A stretch of DNA of 49,759 nt. Source: Basidiobolus ranarum (taxonomy: Eukaryota). Made by a program: the position numbers and the translations under genes. Position 1 is the first letter of the stretch. Every line of letters starts with the position of its first letter. The notes below the pieces were generated by a model. The model did not search any database. It was not told the origin of the DNA and saw only the letters and a list, made by a program, of their open reading frames with translations. Of the stretch, positions 38,305 to 48,993 are shown in pieces. Location of the stretch: assembly GCA_040143965.1 (NCBI GenBank), contig JASJQH010006894.1, forward strand, positions 1-49,759. Direction: 5' to 3'.

Positions 38305-38797
38305 GATGTAAGATAAAAGTGGCAAAGAGACTACTAGCCAGAATCGTATCGATATGTGAAAACACAAAAAAAATGGCCTCGTGTTCGTCCTATCCCCCGC
38401 ACCCGTAGGGCCCAGGATGCTTGTAAGAAAAAAAAAACGATAAAATAGAAAAAAAATTAGATCATTGAATTAATGCGGTTGTTTTTTGTAGAATAAGATA
38501 AATTTAAAGCTTATGTAATTATCTATTTTTATAAATTTCCAATATTATTCGAATCTCCATTAATTTTGTCTGCTAATCAATCAGACCTTGAGAGAAGTTG
38601 GTGATATTATATTTATATGGACCACAATATTCATTGATCATGCGATTGCATGTACTTGTATTATTATATTACGATCGTGGGTTTGGTTCTGAAAGCCAAA
38701 AAAGGTAATCATTTTACAAACTAAATAAACAAAATGGAGGTCTCAAATGATAATAATCTTTAACAAGCACCACCCGCCAAATTCTAGTTAGCAAAAG

Positions 38798-40968
38798 ATG
38801 CCCACAAAGAGAATTACTCGTTCACAAACACGTGTTCAAACGTCGGTAGAATTAGAGCCACTAAAAAATATTGTAGAAAACCCGATAAGAACCCCTAAAC
38901 GTTCACGAAAGGAAAAAGTCTCGAACGAGCTGGAAGTAGGTTCTACTAGTTCTTCACCAAGACATGCTATAGTTTATCACAGATTTACTTCAGAGGAAGT
39001 TGAAACGATAAGAAGCGAGCTTATTAGTTGGTATAATGATAATAAGAGAACTTTAGAGTGGAGGTTAGACTGGGAGGAGGTGAGAATTAAGTTTTTTGTA
39101 ATCCTCTGTAACTCTGTCAACATTAGCTCACACTCAACCAACTGGATTTAGGGTAGGAGTAAAAGTCAATTAAGCCAGCGGGCTTATGAAGGTAAATTCT
39201 CGTTTATTGTGAGAGTCAGTGGAGTGCAAGTGCTCATCTTTTTCTGGTTCTATAGTCTGGGTGAGTGAGATAATGTTACAGCAGGTAAATAGTTTGGGAT
39301 ATAGTTGATATTTTCAAGTACTTACATAGTGCTATAGACTCAAGTCAAGACGGTCAGGGAATACTATCGACGATGGATATCAAAATGGCCAACCGTCAGG
39401 GATCTTGCAAATGCTGACTTAGAGGTATAGACTTTTAGACTTTAAAGTTCAAGCTATAGTTGTGAATTATCGTTTAAACAGGAAGTGAACAAAGTATGGG
39501 CAGGGCTTGGATACTATCAAAGAGCTCGTAGACTACACGAGGGTGCCAAGAAAATAGTTGACGATCTTGGTGGAATAATGCCTTCGAATGGTGTGGATTT
39601 GCAGCGTTTAATTCCGGGGATTGGAAGGTAGGTAACTATCTCATCTCTTGGCATACGCCTATGTTAACATGGTGTTATTCTTAGATATACAGCCGGAGCA
39701 ATTTCTTCTATTGCTTATAACCAGCCTACTGAGCTTGTTGACGGAAATGTCGTACGGGTACTCTCAAGATTGCGTGGTATAGGAGGAGATCCGAAGAGCA
39801 GTGGTATTATCGAAATGATATGGTACATTCTTCAGTGTATTCAACTATCGAAAGTCACATTGAGCTAACAATGCCAATAGGGATTTGGCAAAGGTGCTAA
39901 TTCACCCTAAATGCCCAGGCGATTTCAACCAAGCTCTAATGGAGTTGGGTGCTACGATATGTACACCAACCAATCCCAACTGTCAAGGTTGTCCTGTGAA
40001 AACCGAATGTCGAGCTTTAGAAGAGGTTATTGTTTTAGATTCAGGTCTTAGCTGAGATCAATATAGTAATCCAGTTTACAATAGACTAAGCTGCAGAGAC
40101 TGGTCGATATAAAATTGGCGGATATTGAAGATCGTTAGTATATATATACGGTCAGTTGAAGTTTATTGAGCTTGAGGATTAATTTTTCTCGTCGTCCTGT
40201 CATATTTAGAATGCACATTATGTCTCCCTCGAGCTGCCGATGAACCTTATCGTGTCACAGACTACCCACGCAAGGTTGAAAAAAAACCACCTAGAGAAGA
40301 GGGTACTGTAAATTTGTGGTATCTTATCGACCATCACTAATGTGTGAATTACTATACACAGGATCTGTAGTGTGCATTCTGGAGCATGTTGACGTTGACA
40401 CTCAACAGATACATTATTTACTTCAGAAACGTCCAGAAAAAGGTATTATCATATTTTTATCACTTTCAATCTATCCATACTAAAGCCTAGTGTTAGGTTT
40501 ATTGGCTGGGTTGTGGGAGTTTCCTAACGTATCCATAAGTCAGACGCCACTCTCAAACCAAGAGCATGTTATGTTGGCAATTCAAGATGTTCAGAAAAGA
40601 CTGGGAATAGTAATACGCGATGAATCTCGAAGTGAATATATTGGATCGATTATCCATTTGTTTTCTCATATTAAGCAAACCTACCAAGTCGTTAGAGTAA
40701 CGATTGACAGGTGATTTTTTCAAATTATTCCATTACGTATCTCGAACTAGTCTAATAGCGAAATTGTAGCTCCGAGAGTCACCTACCTATGCCAACGATC
40801 GCAACTACTGAATTCCAATGGGTCTCTCAATCAGAGATTTCTAAGTGTGCGATTCCAACGGGGCTGAGAAAAGCTTTCAAGCTACTAACGAAGGAACCAT
40901 CCGCTTCGGTAGCGAAGAAAGCTAAAGTCTCTACGAATCAACCCTCAATTAAGACCTTTTTCAAATGA
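38798..40968 (+). CDS. MUTYH: A/G-specific adenine DNA glycosylase (MutY homolog)
   Basis: [27 protein letters not shown], Hh[33 protein letters not shown], [4Fe-4S] [28 protein letters not shown]-terminal PIP box QPSIKTFF. Confidence 0.95.
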
Positions 40969-41606
40969 CATTCATGAAAGGAGAATAAACAAACTAATGA
41001 GTTCTGGGGTTGTAGTAGTAAGTGAAGTTTCCTAGGAAGGTACCAAATACTATAATAGAAGAGTATGTATGGGTAAATTTGATTATTTGACAATCAAGGA
41101 AGCTCAATCGGCCCAAATATCGGGTAGCAGAAACCAGTTATAGTTGAATTCTGATCTGAAACCGCACAAGTGAGATCTTAATGACTTTGCATCAGTGATC
41201 AGGTTATGTTAGTTACAAGTAAGAAATCTACCCTGGTCTCTCTTTTTTGCATAATCTCTGCATACTGTCTAATACGATATTAATATGCACGCTTAATAAG
41301 ACGTTGATGGTACCGGTTGTAAGTGACTTTCCTTGCAGATATTTGCACTGACCTCCCTTTATAGTCAGAATACAATGATGGAGTGGGGAGTGGGGAATAT
41401 GAGCCTTTGGGAAGAGTTTTGCACTGGTTAGATTACTTGCACTCAATGGTTGGTCAGAATGGAGTCAAGTAATTTCTATCTACTTTGGCGTGTCAATATT
41501 AAATACATTAACAATAAACAACTCAGGGAGTTGCTGGCCTGAAAAGAATATAAATCCTCATTTTAACTGAAGCTACTATCATTATCAACACATCTTGTTT
41601 GGAGAA

Positions 41607-42131
41607 ATGAAGAACTGGACTACCCTCATCTTCTTCACACTCTTTCTTTTCCAAGCCATCCTAATTGTCGTCGATGCGAGGAATGTGCAAGTACCCACTA
41701 AAGGACGTCCAAGAAAAGGTAAAACCTCCCTCGTCACGGTAGCAGTCACCGCTGGTACTGGCAATCTTCAAAATATGTTGAACTTGGTTAACCAACAACG
41801 CATGAAAAATGGTAGACCCCTACTAAAACTTGACAGTCGTCTTGTGCAAGCAGCGCAGAAGCATACAGATTACCAAGCTAGAGTTGGCCAAATGACTCAC
41901 AATGAACCTGGAAGACCATTGAGTCTTCGCGTATCTGAATCAGGATTCAGATGGACTGCCCTCGGAGAGAACGTAGCAATGAGTTATCCCAGTGTCGAGG
42001 CTGTTATGAAGGGATGGATGAATTCACCTGGACACCGACAAAATATCCTCAATCCGCAGTATACTCATTTTGGGTCTGGATACGTCGCTAAAGGAAACTA
42101 CTGGACTCAGGTGTTTGGTCGTAGTGCTTGA
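41607..42131 (+). CDS. Secreted CAP/SCP-domain protein (YkwD-like subtype)
   Basis: Intronless; signal peptide, LNLVNQQR, AAQKH, GENVA, GWMNSPGHRQNIL, YWTQVFG. Confidence 0.92.
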   Translation: MKNWTTLIFFTLFLFQAILIVVDARNVQVPTKGRPRKGKTSLVTVAVTAGTGNLQNMLNLVNQQRMKNGRPLLKLDSRLVQAAQKHTDYQARVGQMTHNEPGRPLSLRVSESGFRWTALGENVAMSYPSVEAVMKGWMNSPGHRQNILNPQYTHFGSGYVAKGNYWTQVFGRSA

Positions 42132-42338
42132 AGCGCTGCTCATAATTTTGTTTGTTAACTTAATAAATAATTTGGATTCAACGCGTTCTATTGGTTGAAA
42201 TTTGACAGTCTCAAAAGATAATGCATACAAGCATACACTCTTACCTAACTGGTATTTATACCTTGAGATCTCCAAACGTTGGACATACAAAGAAAATTTA
42301 TGCACTACCAAGAGGCCATTTATTAGATACATATAATT

Positions 42339-43727
42339 CTATTCAGTTTTAACTGGCTCTATACTATTACTATTACTCTGCTCCTCGGTCTTTCCTTGGC
42401 CTTGACCCTGGTTCGTCTTAGCTGCGGTTTTCTTTAAAGAATTGTTTTGACGTTTGATTTGTCTGTCCCAAGTCTTTTTCCATTTACGGAAAAGAAGCAT
42501 AGTTGCCTGGGCATCTGTTACCGAAGAGTGACTTCCACCTTGAATCTCCAAGTTGAAAATCTCTTTGGCTAAACGTTTGAGACCTGGTGTGTGCCCATCA
42601 ACTACGGCTCGATAGTGATGATATAATGAAGTATCTCTGATCAGCTCCGGTGGATGTTCTAACTTCAGCGCTTCCAAATCATGGTGGATACTATGACCAA
42701 CGAGAACTCGATTGTTGATTAATTCTGCCACTTCTTTCTGGACCTTAGCAAATGGGGGCGCTTTAAATGGATACAGTTAGTATGACAATAGAAATGGAAG
42801 TTTTCAAGTAGCTAATATACTCTACCACTACGAACATGGTTTGGCTTAATTCCACTCACGAAAGTACGATAATCAGTGACTTGTTCAGTGGGTTTGACGT
42901 ACTTGTCAATTAACACACGTCCATAGAAATTGACTATACTGACACGTGCTAAGACTGAACGTGAACCTTTGTGACCCACACCAACCATCTCACAATCAAC
43001 TGCAAGGAATCTCCCAATTCTAAAAGTAAGATGTTTAGTTGAGACCTTGTTGGCGGTAAATAAAGTACATCATAGAATTTCTTACTTGTTCTTATTCTCC
43101 TCATCTTCGGTTGGATCGTCTAGAAGTCGAAGTAAGCGTTGCTCAGAAGATTCACCTGGAATATCTGTTAAATCTTGAACTAGCTCCATAGATTTCTTTT
43201 TCTTCGGAGTTGGTTTAGCTCTATAATAAATGGTCGAGTTGAGAAAAAGAAGTATAAAAGCAAGCGTGAAATTTGTTACATTTATTCACATACTCAGCAG
43301 TTTCTATATTTGTGACTGTAGTTGTGACCGTAGTCTCTTCCACGCCTTCAGTTGTAGTGCTAGTTTTCGATTCATGGATGGTCTCAGTGGTTTTTTCCAA
43401 CTTGATTTCTGACTCAAGTGTCTCCTCCTTTACTTCCGTGACAATTTCTTGAGGAACAATATCAGAGGTCTCCTTTTTCTTTTCCTTCTTTGCTTTCTTC
43501 ACCTTACGTTCTGAAGTTTCAGAATCTGAATCACGGTCGCGTTTACTCTTTTTCTTCTTTTCTTTAGCAACAACATCACTGCCATCGATATCTACTTTGA
43601 CTTTTTCTTTCTTTTCTTTCTTCTTCTTATGTGTGGTATCTTTTACCTTCTCCTCTTTGTCCTTTCTCTCTTTCTTGGATTTTTTCTTCTCTACTCGGGA
43701 CTCGGTTAACTTTAGTTCAGTAGCCAT
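42339..43727 (-). CDS. REX4: DEDDh 3'-5' RNA exonuclease Rex4
   Basis: K/E-rich N-terminus; [60 protein letters not shown]. Confidence 0.92.
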
Positions 43728-44066
43728 AATAGATAAAAAAGAAAAATTCCAAGTAAAAAAAAAGAGTTTCAAAGAGTTTAGTTGAAATTTCCTCTAGTTT
43801 AACAAAATCATCCAACTTCAACCTTGTTTTAGTGAGGAAAATTTCAAGGGAAAAAAAAGATTTCCAAGGGAGAAAAAGGGAAAAAAAGGAACCTGATTTA
43901 CATCAAGATTCGTTACTCAACAATAGGTGAATCTTGATGCAAATCATTGGATTATTATAACGAGTGATTTTGTTTTGGTAATGGGGCTTTTATTAATTTG
44001 AAAAGTAAGGTTGGGCTGGGATGAAATGAGGTGCAGAAGAGATTTCTGGACTCGTGGAGGAGCTTA

Positions 44067-46365
44067 TTACATTTGTACATAAATCAGATGGTAGTAATAC
44101 TGTGCATAAATCATCACTAAGCTAGAGATTAACACGAATGCAAACCAACTTAGTTGATTTCTATATTCTGGGAATGCGTTCCACCACTTGTACAATCTAG
44201 ATATGTAGATAAGACTAAGACTTGGGTGATAATAGGTAAGATGAAGTAGCTCCTTATTCCATGAGGTAACCTCGATTGTGTGATGATGCTTTTCCAGGAT
44301 ACGGTACGCGACAGATTATACAAGATCCCGAGGAAGATGAGTTGAAGAATAGATATAATTCCGGCAAAATGGGGTAACTGCTTGAATTGTCTATCTTGTG
44401 GAGAAAGCTCCAATTCATCTTCTGCTTCTGCTTCAGTCTCTTTCTTTACTTTAACGTCATCCTCTGCCTTTTCTTTGGCGTCCTCCTTTAACTTTTCTTT
44501 GGCGTCATCCTCTGGTTTTGTGACATCTACCTTAGAGTCTGGATTAACTCCAGAGTTGCGTAAGAATGAGTAGGAATAGTATCCAACTTCCACAACGAAA
44601 CAGGCGACACATACTATATAAACATACATCTGGAAATTGGCACTTTCATAAAACTTAGAACGCTTGAAGGGAATTGGTACATCGAAGACCCCGGTATGCA
44701 TAAAGAATCCATTAGAGATTGTTTCGAAGAAAACGTAACGTTTACTCTTCAACTCCGGTGATGGATTGATGATCTCGAACATGTCTTTTCCTATCTCTCT
44801 CAATTGAAGAGTACTGGTACCAAAGTAGATGCTCAAATCCTTCGAAAGTTTCACTTTTAGATCATGTTCATGGCCTGCAGTAACCGTGGCTTCCAAAAAT
44901 ATCGAAATGATTTTCTCATAATTTCCAACTGGAACTCGCGTGGGTCTGTATACACCGGTATATTGGCTACTTCTGCTGTCCCACGGTTCGGAATTGAGAA
45001 TGTATTCAGTGTCATACTCGGCTAAAGAGCTCAACTCTCCCACCCCATAGAAGTGGGACAGGAATCTCTCGACATATCCCTTACGTACGCTCAGGTTGTT
45101 GGAGTTATACCACAAGAATATCCCTAGTTTCTCATCTGGAAATAAAGAGATCTGACTGGTCTGGCCAAACAAGTCTCCAGCGTGCGAAATCATTCGAATT
45201 CCATTTTCGTATTTTGTCTCAAAGTATCCGTAACATACACCATCTAGGAGAGGATGGGAAGAGTAATGTTGAGCTTGCATCTGTTCTACACTTTGTTTTT
45301 GTAACACTCTGTTTCCTTCTTGACTGATTCCTTCGTTCAATTGTGCCATCATGAATCGACTCATGTCAGACGCGGTGGTAAATAACCCTCCAGTGGGTAG
45401 CAAAGCCATATAGAGATCATCGGATGGTTCAAATTTGACTCCTTCCTTGGCGTGCTTCTCATATCCATTAGCGAAATGATGTCCTAACTGGACTAACTGT
45501 TGTACTTGTTCATCGGTTCGGTTGAAACCGGTGAAAGTACTGGACTTCATTCCCAAGGGAGAAAGTACATTCTCTTTCATGTATTCAGGAAATGGTGTGT
45601 GGGTCAAGCGACTAACGATATATCCTAAAGCCGCCATATTGTAATAGGAGTAACTGGACAAGGTATCAACATCTCTCATACGCACTGGAAAATTTGTGAA
45701 CCTTTCCCTTACATCTAAACCAATCTAAATAAAAATATTCACGTGAATTTCAACTCAACTTACGAATATATTTAGAAGATAACTTTACCTCATCAGCTGT
45801 TCCAAACGATCCCGAGAATTTTTCATCCAGCCCGGAAGTGTGAGTAAGCAGATTCTCTATGGTCACATTGGAGAAGTAACCTGGGTCGGAAATCCGAAAA
45901 CCTCTCTTGTCATTGGGCTCTCTAAGGTATGTGTTGGCGGTCGCGTTAAGTGACTCAATAGCTCCGGATTCTATCAACTGTAAAATAGCGGTGGTAGTGA
46001 ATAGCTCTGAGATAGATCCCACTTGAAGTAGACTCTTCTCAGGGTCTGCTTGAAGTCCACTCGTAATGTTAGAAAATCCATACCCAGTTGAATAAATCAC
46101 TTCCTCCCCTTTGACAATACTAAGTACAGCTCCTATTGCATAAAAGAAACACGCGTAAATATATATATATATGAGCGAGGGAAACGCTTGAGCCACTGGT
46201 TTGAATGTCACCTGGTATTATGCCATCTAGGATGACTTTTTGGAAATAATCATCGGAAAAAGATTTTATCGCTTCTAGATTAAAGTCTCTGATAAGGGTT
46301 GCTTTCTCGGCGAGTATAGTTGATGCTCCATAAAGAGCCAACAAAATGGGGGTTCGTAGTAGCAT
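44067..46365 (-). pseudogene. Beta-lactamase/PBP-fold serine hydrolase with C-terminal TM helices; degenerate active site and apparent frameshift near 44218
   Basis: Signal peptide; IPGAVLSIVKG..GYG, QVGSISELFT, TIENLLTHTSGL, YSYY, VLSPLGM, PTGGLFTTASDM, HAGD; two introns. The last TM segment lies in a shifted frame ending at 44067. Confidence 0.7.
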
Positions 46366-47323
46366 TTAAGAAAGGCTTCAAAGTGTACTACCAGTGGTGC
46401 TTCTACTATAAGTAAAACTCGATACCTTTTTGAAGCACAAATTAGGTAAGCGTACATTCCATTTAGATTTTATGGCTTGAGCCAATCATCTACCATTTCC
46501 ATTCTATTGAGGAAGTATTACTGGGTATTGCTGGAATTGTTGCTCGAGGCTTGCTTGAGTGACTGTTTTCGTTCATCAATGCTTAATAAAAGTCATAAAT
46601 GGAATTCCTATTTTATATCAAATATGCATATTCTTTTATTCCTTTTTACTGAACTCTTTCCAATGATTTTGTTTAGTGATTCCCTTAACTATTTCTGATA
46701 TTGGTATAGCTTCTGCTTACCATTTCGTGTGAAAGTGAATGCATGTAGTCCGTCATAATGATTTCTAGTTGGATGTAATGGTTCCAACGAGTTGGAGGAT
46801 AAACAGCCACTCTACCCTGTCACTATCACCTAACCCTATTCTGTGTTATTGCTTAGCGTTTGTCATATGCTAGCAAGTTGAACCAGGGTTTAGATTTGAG
46901 GGTTCAGATTTAGACGATTATCCATTCAATCATGAATAACAAATAATAAATCGAGTAAGGTTAATATATCCCGATTGATCACTCTTGCTCCCTAAACACT
47001 TTCGATAGACAGGTGAGGAACAAGGTATGTAAATCAGAATCAATGTCTGATCTTGAAACCTCATCATTGCTTAGGACTCAATTAGCACGATTCTTTGCGA
47101 TCTTCGAAAGCCATCAGCATGCTTCTTAAACAGTACAGGTTCTCTTGAGACAGTTGCCTCTATTGTTGTAAGAATTCAGTCACGAAGATCCTGTTTGATC
47201 ATAATCCAATGCTAGCGACGAACCATATTGGTTGTAGGGAATGAGACATAAGGGAGAAGTGCCGACCACTTCTCCATATCTCCACCACATAAATAGACTT
47301 ATAGACAGTGCATCTATTCCTAA

Positions 47324-48652
47324 ATGACTGCCGCACCAGAGATCATACTCTATGTCTTTGTCTCCCTGTTTACCCTTCTAACGATCTTTACGGTATATCG
47401 ATTCTGGGTTCAACGTAGTGTGGAGAGCATCAAGTATCGGTCACCCGGATTCACAATCATCGGCGCCATTACCATATGGCTTCTAATCATCATTTTCATG
47501 CTGCGTATGAATGTGGATTGGTTTCCTTGTTACATATCACTGTGGGCTACCTCTCTGGGATACCCTGTGATATATGTCGTTACTATCATTCGCTCCATTC
47601 GCCTGTGGTTCCACTACCGCATCAGCGAGGCAAAGTTTCGACAAGCCTTGGTGCATGTGAGTAAGCAGAATACGGTCAATCAGAGTATAGAAACAGCTGG
47701 AGGTAGCTTTGAAATGTTCAATATGACGGGGAAAACTCGCAATCGACCGGATATTTTCAGTTTAAACGAGGACTCGTTTTATCAAAAGCGGCATATACTG
47801 TCGAAGCGCTTCTTAGCTGGAATATTCATCGCAGTAATGCTTGCTCATTTGTTAATTATCGTAGTCATACAAGTCTTTAGCGTTGCGTATTCCTTCAAGC
47901 CATCGGTTGGCAGTGAGAGTGGTGCTATCTGTATGATAGGCTGGGAATACATCCCACATTACGTGATATCCTCCATCTATACACTAATCGTTCTCCCATT
48001 GCTCATCTACCGTATGCGTGATGTCAATGATGCGTATGGAATCCGTCGAGAGCTACTTTATACAAGTATACTGATGGTTCTCTCCACCATCATTCTAATT
48101 CTGTTCCTGTACTTACCGCAGCTTCATTTCATCAGTACCGTAGTATCAGGTATAGTATGGTCAGCTGTTCCTCTGATTGCTATATATGCTCTTATGGTGA
48201 TTAGACCACTGGTTGACTCGTATAATATCGTACTCCTTAAAAGATGGTCTTGTTTGTTTAAATCAAAGCCTAACCTACCATATACCAGGGAAGCAATGGA
48301 GTTGTTGCTTCAAGATCCGATACTGTTTAACCAGTTCAAGTTATTTTCAGTGACAGACTTCACCCTCGAGTGCGTACTCTTTTACGAGTGTTGCCGGAAC
48401 TCACGGTTCTCTATGGACGTAAAGGAATTGAAAGAGATCTACCTAAATTTCATACATCCAGAGGCGAAATTTCAGATAAATCTCAGTGAACGTACAAAAT
48501 CTGAACTGGAAGCACTCGCTCATCAAGAGAAATTCGAACCAGATATGTATCTAGATGCTTCCAAAGATATCCAAGATCTTATGTATGTCAACACCTTTTC
48601 TAGATACGTACAACATAACCAAAACTCTAAAGCAGTTTGGGAGCAGGTTTAG
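47324..48652 (+). CDS. Seven-transmembrane RGS-domain protein (GprK/AtRGS1-like)
   Basis: Intronless; about 7 hydrophobic segments, IKYRSP, FPC, VNDAYGIRREL, then RGS box FKLFSVTDFTLECVLFY..IYLNFIHPEAKFQINLS..DLMYVNTFSRY. Confidence 0.88.
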   Translation: MTAAPEIILYVFVSLFTLLTIFTVYRFWVQRSVESIKYRSPGFTIIGAITIWLLIIIFMLRMNVDWFPCYISLWATSLGYPVIYVVTIIRSIRLWFHYRISEAKFRQALVHVSKQNTVNQSIETAGGSFEMFNMTGKTRNRPDIFSLNEDSFYQKRHILSKRFLAGIFIAVMLAHLLIIVVIQVFSVAYSFKPSVGSESGAICMIGWEYIPHYVISSIYTLIVLPLLIYRMRDVNDAYGIRRELLYTSILMVLSTIILILFLYLPQLHFISTVVSGIVWSAVPLIAIYALMVIRPLVDSYNIVLLKRWSCLFKSKPNLPYTREAMELLLQDPILFNQFKLFSVTDFTLECVLFYECCRNSRFSMDVKELKEIYLNFIHPEAKFQINLSERTKSELEALAHQEKFEPDMYLDASKDIQDLMYVNTFSRYVQHNQNSKAVWEQV

Positions 48653-48720
48653 TTAATTTAAGCAAGTTGGGAGTAAGTTTACTTGGTTTAAGCAGCTCGG
48701 GAGTAAGTTTAGTCAGTTTT
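48631..48720 (+). repeat. Three degenerate 30-bp tandem units beginning in the last codons of the 7TM-RGS gene
   Basis: agcagtttgggagcaggtttagttaattta / agcaagttgggagtaagtttacttggttta / agcagctcgggagtaagtttagtcagtttt. Confidence 0.8.
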
Positions 48721-48993
48721 GTTGCATCCTATTCATGTCGTAAATAGCCACCATTCATGTACAAAATCCGTTTCATCTTGTTATATTAGTCGGTCGAGAA
48801 CTTATAGTCCGAAGTAGTACCGATATGGGAACTAATTGGAATACCATTATCAATGTGGCTAATTTATAAAGATGTATATTTATATATATATGCTTAGTAC
48901 AGGTTTTTTTGAATTTCTATGTAAAGTGTGGAGATATCGTGTTGTAATAAGATGCCCAACCAGAAGAATGAACTGATATGTACAACGACCGAT

